Below, piece by piece: positions 37,338-47,346 of a DNA stretch of 64,000 nucleotides; position 1 is the stretch's first letter, and each line of letters opens with the position of its first letter. Made by a program: the position numbers and the translations under genes. The notes under the pieces are model-generated. The model was not told the DNA's origin. It worked only from the letters and a program-made list of their open reading frames with translations, and did no database searches. The stretch is from Mucilaginibacter sp. (GTDB taxonomy: Bacteria > Bacteroidota > Bacteroidia > Sphingobacteriales > Sphingobacteriaceae): assembly GCA_035547875.1 (NCBI GenBank), contig DASZTX010000031.1, positions 55,853 through 119,852 of the forward strand, written 5' to 3'.

Positions 37338-39035
37338 CTATTTTTCAATGTAGGTCGTTTCGGCGGGCTTATAACCGATACGCATCGCGTTCACTTTTAA
37401 GGTATCGCCCCGGCTGATGGGAATAGTTCCCCCGTCGTACACCTGCCATACGGGTGCGGCGGGGCGTTGGGTGCCGTTTTTTACAGTGTTAAACACATAT
37501 CCGTAATCCCATGTCTGCACGGTATGCATTTCATGCTTATCCGGATGTCCTTTTTTTAATACCCGGTATCCCACCGATGCTCCGGTTGTATGACATGAAA
37601 TCTTCAGGCCGCCCTGCGTTTTAACGATCCTTGGCGTATCGGTCAGCGGTGCAGCGTCCCTGCCGTTCCACATCCGGCGGATCATTTCCTTTTCGGAGAC
37701 CGCGGACATGTCGCCCACTTTTTTATGCCATGCCAGGTATGCCTTCCGTAGTTCGGCCAGTTTATTGCTGTACTTCGGGTCGTTTACCAGGTTGTGCAGT
37801 TCGTTGGGGTCATTGCTGACATCATATAATTCCTCCACCGGTTTGGTTTTAAACCATGCGACCTGGTCACTGTCCAGCTTTCCTTCGTCGCGCAGTTTTA
37901 AAAACTCCCGCATCATCGGGATGCTCAAACGATATTCGATATTCTGATAATAGGGCTTTTCGGGCATATAATTATACAGGTACTGAAAGCGTTTGTCCTT
38001 CACCATCCGCACCCGGTCGTATTCGGTATCCATCCTGTCGCGGCCCGCATACACATAGCTGCGCGGCGTTTTTGATTTCTGCGCACCCAGAAACGCCTGT
38101 CCCTGCATGTAGCCCGGTATCGGGATACCGGCCAGCGATAGTACCGTAGGTGCAAAATCAACCGCGCTGATCAGGTCATTGTTAACTGTTCCTGCATTTT
38201 TACCACCGGGAAAATGGATAACCATCGGAATGTGGGTGCCGCGCTCCAGTATTTCCCGTTTCATCCAGGGCAGCGCACCGCCGTGATCGCTGTAAAAAAA
38301 TATGTAGGTACTATCATAAAGCCCGTCGGCTTTAAGCATCTTTATTAGCTCACCCACCTGCGCGTCCATCCTTTCAATATTGGTGAACAGCCTGTCCATG
38401 TCATGACGGACGATCTTCGTGTCAGGATAATACGGCGGGACATTAATTTTCGCAGAATCAATCAGCAGACTGTCCGTACGCCCGAACAACTGCGATTCGT
38501 GGGTAATAAACAGATTATAAACAGCAAAGAATGGTTTGCCCTGCGGGTGGTTCCGGTATGATGCGGCCGGGCCATTCTCGTCCCAAACGGTTACCGGCGG
38601 TGTAAACTGGTAATCCTGCTTTTCGTTATTGGTGCAATAATAACCTGCCTTCCGCAGATATTCGGGGAAGCACTTAACATACTCCGGAATTACGGCAGCG
38701 TACGACGGCACCGGCTGGTACTTCGGATCACCGGCGGTACGCATGTGCTGCGTTCCGATAGAAGTAGGGTACATGCCCGTAATAATATCCGAGCGGCTTG
38801 GCGCGCAAACGCCCGCGGTAGTATAAACCCGTGTATATCTGATACCGTCCTTTGCTAATTGATCAATGTTTGGCGTTTTTACGAGGCTATCGCCATAAGC
38901 GCTGATATACGGCGAAATATCTTCGCAGGTGATCCATATAATATTGGGCTGTTTTTGCTGCGCATTGGCGCTGAAGGCGAACAGGAGGAATAAAAGCTTC
39001 ATTACTCCCGGATGTATCTTTTTGTTGGTTGTCAT
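37338..39035 (-). CDS. Sulfatase (Cys-type, arylsulfatase A family)
   Basis: 565 aa. A signal peptide is followed by PNIIWITCEDIS and the formylglycine target motif CAPSRS (CxPxR) in GVCAPSRSDIITG. Confidence 0.88.
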   Translation of the reverse strand: MTTNKKIHPGVMKLLFLLFAFSANAQQKQPNIIWITCEDISPYISAYGDSLVKTPNIDQLAKDGIRYTRVYTTAGVCAPSRSDIITGMYPTSIGTQHMRTAGDPKYQPVPSYAAVIPEYVKCFPEYLRKAGYYCTNNEKQDYQFTPPVTVWDENGPAASYRNHPQGKPFFAVYNLFITHESQLFGRTDSLLIDSAKINVPPYYPDTKIVRHDMDRLFTNIERMDAQVGELIKMLKADGLYDSTYIFFYSDHGGALPWMKREILERGTHIPMVIHFPGGKNAGTVNNDLISAVDFAPTVLSLAGIPIPGYMQGQAFLGAQKSKTPRSYVYAGRDRMDTEYDRVRMVKDKRFQYLYNYMPEKPYYQNIEYRLSIPMMREFLKLRDEGKLDSDQVAWFKTKPVEELYDVSNDPNELHNLVNDPKYSNKLAELRKAYLAWHKKVGDMSAVSEKEMIRRMWNGRDAAPLTDTPRIVKTQGGLKISCHTTGASVGYRVLKKGHPDKHEMHTVQTWDYGYVFNTVKNGTQRPAAPVWQVYDGGTIPISRGDTLKVNAMRIGYKPAETTYIEK

Positions 39036-39039
39036 ATCC

Positions 39040-40149
39040 TTACTTTGAACTTACACACCGGAACCCGGTATTCTCCAGCCCGGTATCCGGCGAGGAATCC
39101 ATGCGTGCCGATACGCGGTACCCGGAACAATAGGACGGGTTGCATAAAAAAGATCCGCCGCGAACTACGCGTCTTGCCAATGCGGCCTCCTGCTGGTCGG
39201 TAACCATCGGGCCGGTCGGGTTTGCCGACAGGACGCCCTGCAACGACTGGTAATAATCCGGCTGATAAACATCGGCACACCATTCCCACACGTTTCCTGC
39301 CATATCAAACAATCCATAACCGTTTGGCGCAAATGATTTTACGGGCGCAAGTGTATTAAAACCGTCCCAGTCAGTATTTTGGTGAGGAAACGTCCCCTGC
39401 CAGGTATTTGCCTTGGGCCTGCCTTTTTCCGCTTCTTCTGTCCCCCAGCTAAAAGGCTGACCGGAAAGTCCTCCTCTTGCTGCGAACTCCCATTCCGCTT
39501 CTGTCGGCAGGCGTTTGCCTGCCCATTTTGCATAGGCATTGGCATCAAACCACGAGATTTGCACAACCGGGTAATTGTCTTTCCCTTCTATATTGCTTCC
39601 GGGGCCTTCAGGATGCCGCCAGTCGGCGCCTTTTGTCCATCGCCACCACTGCGATGCGTCGTCAAGGGGCACGGCTTTTAAGGTCGGCACAAAAACCAGC
39701 GAAGCCGCCACCAGCATACTGTCCGGCGGTTTCGGCGTTCCGGGTGGCAGCTGTTTTTTTAGTTCCTGCCAATCCGGCGCTTTCTCAGCAGTGGTAACAT
39801 ACCCGGTAGCCTGCACAAATGCGCGGAATTGCGCATTGGTGACCTCATGTATGTCTATCCAGAAACTTTTCAGCTTAACCTTATGACGGGGATATTCATC
39901 TGCCCTGCCTTTGTTATCGGCAGCGCCCATTTCGAAAACGCCGCCTTTCAGCCAGACCATATCCTTGTGCGGGGGAGTTTTTGAAGAAGGCCCGGGTGCG
40001 GTTGCCGCCTTACCTGTTGTTGGGAAGCGTTGCGGCATATTGGTATGACACGATGTGACGGGCGTATTTTTACTGCCGTTTGCCGAAGGCTGCGCACTTA
40101 CAGACAATGCCATTAAGGTCATCCAGAAAGCCGGAACAACGCCTTTCAT
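39040..40149 (-). CDS. Formylglycine-generating enzyme family protein (SUMF1/FGE)
   Basis: 369 aa. It has a signal peptide, GNVWEWCAD and RVVRGGSFLC motifs. Its stop lies 4 nt upstream of the sulfatase start. Confidence 0.85.
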   Translation of the reverse strand: MKGVVPAFWMTLMALSVSAQPSANGSKNTPVTSCHTNMPQRFPTTGKAATAPGPSSKTPPHKDMVWLKGGVFEMGAADNKGRADEYPRHKVKLKSFWIDIHEVTNAQFRAFVQATGYVTTAEKAPDWQELKKQLPPGTPKPPDSMLVAASLVFVPTLKAVPLDDASQWWRWTKGADWRHPEGPGSNIEGKDNYPVVQISWFDANAYAKWAGKRLPTEAEWEFAARGGLSGQPFSWGTEEAEKGRPKANTWQGTFPHQNTDWDGFNTLAPVKSFAPNGYGLFDMAGNVWEWCADVYQPDYYQSLQGVLSANPTGPMVTDQQEAALARRVVRGGSFLCNPSYCSGYRVSARMDSSPDTGLENTGFRCVSSK

Positions 40150-40260
40150 TCGCTGGAATAAGTTAAAATCGGTTTATAATGTGTCTTACAGACACAAGTC
40201 TAAGCATTATTTTACAAAATAACACCTGAGTTACGGTCTTATTTCCGGCTAACGAAGTAT

Positions 40261-41016
40261 TTACAAAAAGAAGTCGAAGGTATCGCTCCTGATGCCGAGA
40301 CGGAGTGTTTCGACGGGAACCACATCTGCGGGAGCGATGTTTCCGAGGTTAACATTGGCGCCGATCAGCTTGATGAACCAAACCTGCTGTGCTTTTTGGG
40401 GCGCTTCCCAAATGATGGTCTCGGCCGGGATCTGGGTAAGTATCTCGTCAACCAAGCCCTGCCTTACCTCGCCTGAATCGCGGTAGATGCCGACATTGCC
40501 GCTTTCGCGGGCTTCGGCGATCACCTTCCATGAGCCGGCTTCAATTTCGGTACGCATCAGGTTGATCCATTTATAGGGCGCAAATATTTTTTGAATATCC
40601 TTTGAACCAACCTCGGATATTACGGTCGTGATTTTGGAAAGCTTCTGAATATATTCACATTTTTCGGTATGCTCCAGGTTGATAGACCCGTCAGATACTT
40701 CGGCATAATCCATTTTAAATTTATCCAGCATGCGGCAGTAATCATCAAACTGTCCGCGTACGATCATCGCTTCGAAAAGCGTTCCGCCGAAATACACCGG
40801 AATCCCGGCTTCACGATAAATATTCAGCTTTTCGGTGAGATTAGGCGTCACATATGAGGTTGCCCAGCCCAGTTTCACCATGTCGGTATAGGAGCCGCAT
40901 ACTTCTATAAAATCCTCAACCTGCCTCAAACTAAGGCCTTTGTCCATTACCATGGTCAATCCGCTGTTGCGGGGCTTTTCAGTACGGTCGGGTAGATTGT
41001 TGATCTGATAGTTCAT
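40261..41016 (-). CDS. comA: Phosphosulfolactate synthase (ComA family)
   Basis: 251 aa. Blocks EKPRNSGLTMVMDKGL, DMVKLGWATS and IWEAPQKAQQVWFI are characteristic of (2R)-phospho-3-sulfolactate synthase. Confidence 0.78.
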   Translation of the reverse strand: MNYQINNLPDRTEKPRNSGLTMVMDKGLSLRQVEDFIEVCGSYTDMVKLGWATSYVTPNLTEKLNIYREAGIPVYFGGTLFEAMIVRGQFDDYCRMLDKFKMDYAEVSDGSINLEHTEKCEYIQKLSKITTVISEVGSKDIQKIFAPYKWINLMRTEIEAGSWKVIAEARESGNVGIYRDSGEVRQGLVDEILTQIPAETIIWEAPQKAQQVWFIKLIGANVNLGNIAPADVVPVETLRLGIRSDTFDFFL

Positions 41017-41142
41017 AAATTTATTTGGTTATAACCTATAACTAAAAGTTTTAATGCGCACAAAGGTCGTAAAAAAAGCCAAAATCTTTATAAATTTTGG
41101 CTTTTTTATCCGCAGGCTCATAAGCCACGTGTATGGAGTGTT

Positions 41143-42546
41143 CTATTTGGTGTAACGGTTAATAATATCCACTATAACCTTGTTGCGCTGCAACTGCGGC
41201 AAGTAGTCGAACAGGATAAAATGTTTCTCCGGGTCCGACGTTAGCGCCATTTCCAATTGGGTCAGCGCCTCGTTGTATTCGCCTTTGGCAAACAGGTAAG
41301 CCACCATACGGTAATACAGTTCCGCAGCGTCAGGATTATTTTTTATGGCTTCGGCAATGACCTCTATGGCATCGGTGAGGCGCTGCTGTTCGTACAGGAT
41401 GGATGAGTAATCCAGCCACGCATCCACATCAATAGGATTCAGCTCAACAACCTTTTCATAAGCATGTTCAGCTTCAGGCAAATGCCCAAGCTTGTATTCG
41501 GCATCGGCTATCGCAAACCAGTAATCAGCATTGGCGATGTCAAGATCAAGCGCCTTTTTATAAAAATGAAGCGCCTCAAAATAGCGTTCTTCAAAGTCAA
41601 GCGTTACCCCAATTCCAAACCAGGCATCGGCCAGCTTCGGGTCCATTTTTACCGATTTTTTGTAGAATGCGCGCGCATCGTCCATCTGCTCCAGCTTCTC
41701 ATAACATTCGCCGATGGCGCAGTAGGTATCGGCGTTAGGTTGCTCATACTCGAAGGTGTGACGATAAACTTCGATAGCCTCCGCATATTTTTCGAGATTG
41801 ACCAGCGCATTGCCCTTGTTGAAATAAGCTGACGCAAAGTTATCCTTGATCAGGATGGCGTAGTCATAAGCATCGATCGCCTTTTCAAAAAGACCAAGCT
41901 TGGTGAATGCATTCCCCAGGTTATACCATGCCGCGTAGCTATAGGGTTCGTTATCGATATATTGCTGGTAAAAGGTTACGCTTTCCTGCTGGTTATCCAG
42001 TACGTCGTAGCAAAAAGCAAGCTCGTACAAAGCATCCTGATTCTCCATATTCTGCTTCAGGCACAGCTTCAGGTATGTTATGGATGTTTCGTAATCGCCC
42101 ATGTTCTGATAAACGTAGGCGATGTGCAGCAATACCTCGTCGGTATCTTCCGCCAGCTCTAATGCCTTTTCATAATTTTCGAGCGCCTCGGCGTAGCGTT
42201 CCATGCTCTCATAAAGATTACCGCGGATAAGATAGATATCAGGATCGGAGGCTTCGAGCATGGCGGCTTTTTCAAGCGCCTCAAATGCCTCGGCAACCCG
42301 GTTGGTCACTACCAGTAACTGGGCTTGTTTTATCAGGAAAACTGCGGCAAAGGGGTGCTGGCTGCGGGCATATTCGGCAACCTGAAGCGCTTTGGGCGGG
42401 TCATTCTTTTCGATGTAGTAGTCGATAATGTTCTCAAACGCCTGGGCATCAAAAAAATACTGATCGTGGTTACGAATCATCTCTTCGTACCGTTCTACCG
42501 AAAACTTTGGGTCTTCGGTAAAACCAAATTCAAATTCTTCTTCCAT
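41143..42546 (-). CDS. Tetratricopeptide (TPR) repeat protein
   Basis: 467 aa with repeated 34-aa units of the A..Y..AL.L.P pattern throughout. Confidence 0.82.
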   Translation of the reverse strand: MEEEFEFGFTEDPKFSVERYEEMIRNHDQYFFDAQAFENIIDYYIEKNDPPKALQVAEYARSQHPFAAVFLIKQAQLLVVTNRVAEAFEALEKAAMLEASDPDIYLIRGNLYESMERYAEALENYEKALELAEDTDEVLLHIAYVYQNMGDYETSITYLKLCLKQNMENQDALYELAFCYDVLDNQQESVTFYQQYIDNEPYSYAAWYNLGNAFTKLGLFEKAIDAYDYAILIKDNFASAYFNKGNALVNLEKYAEAIEVYRHTFEYEQPNADTYCAIGECYEKLEQMDDARAFYKKSVKMDPKLADAWFGIGVTLDFEERYFEALHFYKKALDLDIANADYWFAIADAEYKLGHLPEAEHAYEKVVELNPIDVDAWLDYSSILYEQQRLTDAIEVIAEAIKNNPDAAELYYRMVAYLFAKGEYNEALTQLEMALTSDPEKHFILFDYLPQLQRNKVIVDIINRYTK

Positions 42547-42793
42547 TCAATTTTGTTTCAGAACATATACTTGGTTCAGGCTCAAAAATCGTTTCGTCGC
42601 CCTCTTTACACTGCCCCGGCAGGGCAGGCATTGATTTAAACTGTGTTCAAATTACAAGTTATAAACATCGGTAAGACAATTTAGTTATCAACATTCAAAC
42701 ATTGTTAACAGTGTTATTTACAAAGCCCTGATAATTAATATGAATCGTTTTACCGGCAAGGGACGGGTTAATATGATTTGCCTTAAAGATTTT

Positions 42794-42801
42794 TACCTTT
42801 G
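42794..42801 (+). promoter_or_regulatory. Candidate -7 promoter element TACCTTTG upstream of the aldehyde dehydrogenase gene
   Basis: It matches TAnnTTTG and ends 15 nt upstream of the ATG at 42817. It overlaps the TTG start proposed by the ORF track, which argues for the later ATG. Confidence 0.3.
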
Positions 42802-42816
42802 ACAAAAGTAACAATT

Positions 42817-44358
42817 ATGAGCCTGAATATTCCGGATATTTTAAATCGTTTACATATTAACGACATTAATCATGCCTTTAGTACCGGAAGCGCCTGGGGG
42901 AGCAGTCCCGGCGCTGAAACAAAGGATATTCTTTCGCCGACGGACGGCCGCAGGATAGCGTCGGTAAATTTTGCTACCGCTGTGGATTACGAACATGCCG
43001 TAAAAACGGCGCAGGAAGCGTTCATAAGCTGGCGCGCCATTCCTGCACCTAAACGCGGAGAAATCATCCGGGAAATAGGCAATGCGCTGCGCGATAATAA
43101 AGAGGCGTTAGGCACGCTGGTGTCTTACGAAATGGGAAAAAGCCTGCAGGAGGGTTTCGGCGAGGTGCAGGAGATGATCGATATTGCCGATTTTGCCGTC
43201 GGCCTGAGCAGACAGCTTTACGGGCTGACCATGCACAGCGAGCGCCCGGGGCACCGCATGTATGAGCAGTACCATCCGCTCGGTATCGTCGGGATCATAT
43301 CCGCATTTAATTTCCCCGTGGCGGTATGGAGCTGGAACGCGATGTTAGCCTGGGTATGCGGCAATGTATGCGTCTGGAAACCATCTGAAAAGACCCCGCT
43401 TACGGCGATAGCCTGCCAGCACATCGCGCAGGAAGTATTTAAAAAACATAATATTGCCGAGGGGGTGTCTTGTCTTGTCATCGGAGACCGGGCAACAGGA
43501 GAACTGATGGCCAATGACGGTCGCCTGCCGCTGATTTCGGCAACCGGTTCGACCCGCATGGGCAAGTCGGTGGGAGCAGCCGTAGGCGCTCGGCTGGGCC
43601 GGAGCCTGCTGGAACTCGGGGGCAACAATGCTATTATCATCACCGAAAATGCCGACCCTGACATGGCGCTGATCGGCGCGGTTTTCGGCGCCGTCGGTAC
43701 AGCCGGACAACGCTGCACCAGCACCCGCAGACTTATTATCCACGAAAGTATTTACGAATCATTCAAAGAAAAGCTGGTGAATGCTTACAAGCAGATCCGG
43801 ATCGGCGATCCGCTAAATGAAGCCAATCACATGGGGCCGCTGATCGATAAGGATGCGGTGACGGCCTATCTTAAGGCCATAGAACAATGCAAAGCTGAAG
43901 GCGGCAGATTCGCGGTTGAAGGAGGTAGTTTTGAAGGCAGCGAATACGCTTCAGGCTGTTATGTAAAACCTTGCATTGCCGAGGTTGAAAATCATTATAA
44001 GATCGTACAGCACGAAACTTTTGCGCCCATACTTTACCTGATGAAGTACCATAACACCGACGAGGCGATCAGGATGCAAAATGACGTGCCGCAGGGCCTC
44101 TCGTCAGCCATGATGACTCAAAATTTGCGCGAGGCAGAACAATTCCTCTCGTTTGCAGGTTCTGACTGCGGCATAGCCAATATTAACATCGGCACATCCG
44201 GTGCGGAGATCGGCGGGGCATTCGGAGGTGAGAAAGAGACCGGAGGCGGGCGTGAATCAGGCTCCGATGCCTGGAAAGTTTATATGAGGCGGCAAACCAA
44301 TACTATTAACTATTCAAAAACGTTACCACTGGCTCAGGGAATTAAATTTGATTTATAA
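42817..44358 (+). CDS. Aldehyde dehydrogenase family protein (ALDH7-like, piperideine-6-carboxylate/aminoadipate-semialdehyde type)
   Basis: It has catalytic ELGGNN (Glu) and GQRCTS (Cys). The C-terminal EKETGGGRESGSDAWK block is typical of the ALDH7 group. Confidence 0.85.
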   Translation: MSLNIPDILNRLHINDINHAFSTGSAWGSSPGAETKDILSPTDGRRIASVNFATAVDYEHAVKTAQEAFISWRAIPAPKRGEIIREIGNALRDNKEALGTLVSYEMGKSLQEGFGEVQEMIDIADFAVGLSRQLYGLTMHSERPGHRMYEQYHPLGIVGIISAFNFPVAVWSWNAMLAWVCGNVCVWKPSEKTPLTAIACQHIAQEVFKKHNIAEGVSCLVIGDRATGELMANDGRLPLISATGSTRMGKSVGAAVGARLGRSLLELGGNNAIIITENADPDMALIGAVFGAVGTAGQRCTSTRRLIIHESIYESFKEKLVNAYKQIRIGDPLNEANHMGPLIDKDAVTAYLKAIEQCKAEGGRFAVEGGSFEGSEYASGCYVKPCIAEVENHYKIVQHETFAPILYLMKYHNTDEAIRMQNDVPQGLSSAMMTQNLREAEQFLSFAGSDCGIANINIGTSGAEIGGAFGGEKETGGGRESGSDAWKVYMRRQTNTINYSKTLPLAQGIKFDL

Positions 44359-44426
44359 GCCGGTCTGAATTTTCCGCCTTCGGAATTTTATAAAGGATTT
44401 TGGCGCGGCTTTAACCAACTAAACAC

Positions 44427-46061
44427 ATGCATAAATTAAAACACTACTTTTTCGCCCCGCTGCTTTGCGGAGCGCTATTCATCGGCCTGAACGCCACTGC
44501 CCAGCAAATGCCGGAAAAGGTAGCCAGCCCTCCCAAAGACTGGCATGAGATGGACCTTAAAACCGATGGTTTTTATGGCATCAGCCTTAAACAAGCTTAT
44601 CAGTTTGTTAAAGGAAAAAAAAGCAAAACCGTTATCGTAACAACCATTGACAGCGGCATTGACACCGCTCAGGCTGATCTGAAAAGTATCTTATGGGTGA
44701 ACCCAAAAGAGATAGCTGCAAACGGTGTGGATGACGACAAGGACGGTTATGTTGACGATGTGCATGGCTGGGATTTTCTGGGTGGAAAAGACCGCAAGGT
44801 GGATGTTACTGAAACCGTAGAAGAAGTGCGCCAGTATAACAAGCTGAAAGATAAATTCCTGGGTCTGGTGAAGGCGCCTGCCGGACAGGAGAAAGAGTTT
44901 GCCTTTTGGGAAAAGGTGAAGGCCGTTTACGACAGCACGATGGCCAAGACCGACCGTGAACTGAAAGAAGTGGGTATGGAAGTAAATGTGCTTACTGCGA
45001 CAAATTATTACGTTAAGCGTGAACTGAAGCTACAGTCCGATCAGACGTTCAACCTGTCTGACCTCTCGAAGATACAAACCACCAACGATACCGTAAACCA
45101 GAGCAGGACGGTTTGGGAATCGGTGTTTTCGCAGATCGGAGATGATACCGACAATGCCAAGGTACTGAAGGACATTACCGATTATTATGCCAAGCTGAAC
45201 AACAATGTTAATCCTGACCTCGACGCGCGCAGCCGTATCGTCGGCGATGACCCGGATGTAAATGACGGAAAGCCTTATGGCAATAACATCCTGAAAAACA
45301 GTGATGCCTCGCACGGAACGGGTGTGGCAGGCTTGATCGGTGCGGTACGGAACAACGGCTATGGAATTGACGGTGTGGCTGATAATGTCAGGATCATGTC
45401 GATAAAGGCCGTACCGAACGGAGACGAATATGATAAGGATGTCGCCAATGCGATCCGGTTCGCTGTCGATCACGGCGCACAGATCATCAATATGAGTTTC
45501 GGAAAAAAGCTGTCGCCACATAAGGATTGGGTGGATGCCGCTTTTAAATATGCCGCCGCGAAGGATGTGCTATTGGTACAGGCCTCAGGAAACGATAACC
45601 AGGATGTGGATGCCGAACCGGAATTCCCGAATGATACCTACCTTGATGGCTCGACTACGGATAACGTGATCAGCGTAGGAGCGTCCGGCCCCAAACCTGA
45701 TACGTCGCTTGCCGCAAGTTTCAGCAATTACGGAAAGATGAACGTAGATGTGTTTGCACCTGGCTATAAGGTAACATCAATTGACATGGATGCTGAATTT
45801 AATACGGCTGACGGGACAAGCTTCTCGGCGCCTATCGTTACGGGCATTGCCGCGCTTTGCCTGGAATATTACCCCAACCTGAGCGCCAGACAATTGAAAC
45901 AGATTATACTGGAATGTGCTACCCCGGTAAAGGGATTGATGGTAAATAAGCCCGGCACGAGTGATAAGGTTGATTTTACATCGCTGAGTAAAACGGGCGG
46001 AATAGTGAACGCCTACAGGGCGCTTGAGATCGCCTCGAAAATGAAGGGCGAACGGAAATGA
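44427..46061 (+). CDS. S8 family serine peptidase (subtilisin-like)
   Basis: 544 aa. It has a signal peptide and a catalytic triad in TIDSGID (Asp), HGTGVAG (His) and DGTSFSAP (Ser). Confidence 0.88.
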   Translation: MHKLKHYFFAPLLCGALFIGLNATAQQMPEKVASPPKDWHEMDLKTDGFYGISLKQAYQFVKGKKSKTVIVTTIDSGIDTAQADLKSILWVNPKEIAANGVDDDKDGYVDDVHGWDFLGGKDRKVDVTETVEEVRQYNKLKDKFLGLVKAPAGQEKEFAFWEKVKAVYDSTMAKTDRELKEVGMEVNVLTATNYYVKRELKLQSDQTFNLSDLSKIQTTNDTVNQSRTVWESVFSQIGDDTDNAKVLKDITDYYAKLNNNVNPDLDARSRIVGDDPDVNDGKPYGNNILKNSDASHGTGVAGLIGAVRNNGYGIDGVADNVRIMSIKAVPNGDEYDKDVANAIRFAVDHGAQIINMSFGKKLSPHKDWVDAAFKYAAAKDVLLVQASGNDNQDVDAEPEFPNDTYLDGSTTDNVISVGASGPKPDTSLAASFSNYGKMNVDVFAPGYKVTSIDMDAEFNTADGTSFSAPIVTGIAALCLEYYPNLSARQLKQIILECATPVKGLMVNKPGTSDKVDFTSLSKTGGIVNAYRALEIASKMKGERK

Positions 46062-46105
46062 CCGCTTCTCCATTCTGCATAAAAAGATACGTTTGTTTTG
46101 CCGGT

Positions 46106-46137
46106 CCGGTCCTGCAGGTTATGACCCGCAGGACCGG
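46106..46137 (+). terminator. GC-rich hairpin downstream of the S8 peptidase gene (no T-run)
   Basis: A perfect 10-bp stem CCGGTCCTGC (46106-46115) pairs with GCAGGACCGG (46128-46137) around a 12-nt loop. It is followed by AAAAAGG, not by Ts, so terminator function is uncertain. Confidence 0.3.
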
Positions 46138-46215
46138 AAAAAGGCAGTCGCACATCCCTTAATATCCACAACCGGGCCATTGTTTGTCTTTCCCGTGTCT
46201 CAAAACTATTACAAA

Positions 46216-46245
46216 TTGCAAATCACAGTTCATTGCTTATATTTG
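46216..46245 (+). promoter_or_regulatory. Candidate Bacteroidota promoter (-33 TTG, -7 TATATTTG) for the E1-beta gene
   Basis: TTG at 46216-18 and TATATTTG at 46238-45 are separated by 19 nt. The ATG lies at 46278. This fits the TTG-N(17-23)-TAnnTTTG architecture as I recall it. Confidence 0.35.
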
Positions 46246-46277
46246 CGTTCGCTAAAAGCATTATTATTTGTAATAAA

Positions 46278-47261
46278 ATGAGAGAAATACAATTCAGAGA
46301 AGCGCTTCGTGAGGCAATGTCCGAAGAAATGCGCAACGACGATAAAATATACCTGATGGGTGAAGAGGTTGCCGAGTATAACGGTGCTTACAAGGTTAGC
46401 CAGGGTATGCTCGATGAATTTGGCGCCAAGCGCGTTATTGATACACCTATCTCTGAATGCGGCTTCGCGGGTATTGGCATAGGTTCGGCTATGAACGGCT
46501 TACGCCCGATCGTTGAATTCATGACCTTCAACTTCTCGCTGGTGGCTATCGACCAGATCATCAACGGCGCGGCCAAGATCATGTCGATGAGCGGCGGCCA
46601 GTTTTCTGTTCCCATCGTTTTTCGCGGCCCGACAGGTAACGCAGGTATGCTGAGTTCTCAGCACAGCCAGTGTTTTGAAAACTGGTATGCCAATTGCCCC
46701 GGTCTGAAGGTGGTGGTACCTTCCAACCCGTATGATGCAAAAGGATTATTAAAATCAGCCATCCTTGATCCTGATCCGGTTATCTTTATGGAGTCGGAAC
46801 TGATGTATGGCGACAAGGGCGAGGTTCCTGAAGAAACTTACTATATCCCTTTGGGTAAAGCCAATGTAACCAAAGAAGGTTCTGACGTAACCCTGGTAGG
46901 TTTCGGTAAGATCATGAAGGTAGTTAATGCGGCAGCGGCCGAACTTGAAAAAGAAGGCATCAGTGCCGAAGTGATCGACCTGCGTACCGTTCGCCCGATC
47001 GATTATGACACCGTGATCGCATCCGTTAAAAAGACCAACCGCCTGGTGATCGTTGAAGAAAGCTGGCCATTGGGATCAATTGCTACTGAAGTTGCCTTTA
47101 AAGTGCAGAAAGATGCGTTTGATTACTTAGACGCTCCGGTACTGCGTATTACCGGCGGAGATGTTCCGCTGCCATACGCTCCGACGCTGATACAGGAATA
47201 TCTGCCAAATCCTGAGCGGGTGATCAAAGCAGTTAAAGAAGTAATGTACGTTGCCAGCTGA
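46278..47261 (+). CDS. pdhB: Pyruvate/2-oxoacid dehydrogenase E1 component beta subunit
   Basis: The start is at MREIQFREALREAM. It has a transketolase-like pyrimidine-binding domain (VIDTPISECGFAGIGIGSA) and a C-terminal domain (IDLRTVRPID). No alpha-subunit gene is adjacent. Confidence 0.87.
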   Translation: MREIQFREALREAMSEEMRNDDKIYLMGEEVAEYNGAYKVSQGMLDEFGAKRVIDTPISECGFAGIGIGSAMNGLRPIVEFMTFNFSLVAIDQIINGAAKIMSMSGGQFSVPIVFRGPTGNAGMLSSQHSQCFENWYANCPGLKVVVPSNPYDAKGLLKSAILDPDPVIFMESELMYGDKGEVPEETYYIPLGKANVTKEGSDVTLVGFGKIMKVVNAAAAELEKEGISAEVIDLRTVRPIDYDTVIASVKKTNRLVIVEESWPLGSIATEVAFKVQKDAFDYLDAPVLRITGGDVPLPYAPTLIQEYLPNPERVIKAVKEVMYVAS

Positions 47262-47290
47262 TAGCTGATCCGGACAAAACAAAATATCGT

Positions 47291-47320
47291 GCCTGCTATA
47301 AAAATAGCGGGCATTTTTGT
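47291..47320 (+). terminator. Rho-independent terminator after pdhB
   Basis: Stem GCCTGCTAT (47291-99) pairs with ATAGCGGGC (47304-12) with one G-U pair and loop AAAA. It is followed by ATTTTTGTTT. Confidence 0.55.
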
Positions 47321-47346
47321 TTACCTTGAGTACCAAAACATTGACC

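Noticed and set aside
39032-39886. Cluster of 75-106-aa ORFs on both strands (39032-39289, 39339-39566, 39379-39681, 39477-39797, 39575-39886)
   Set aside because: All lie within the well-supported FGE gene (39040-40149, minus). They are Arg/Pro/Ala-rich translations typical of off-frame GC-rich coding DNA.
43218-43743. 168-aa and 132-aa minus-strand ORFs
   Set aside because: They lie antisense within the aldehyde dehydrogenase gene, which carries the catalytic ELGGNN and GQRCTS motifs.
46093-46281. 62-aa ORF in the S8 peptidase-pdhB spacer
   Set aside because: It spans the GC-rich hairpin and the candidate pdhB promoter. It has no signal or TM features, and its composition is inconsistent with coding.
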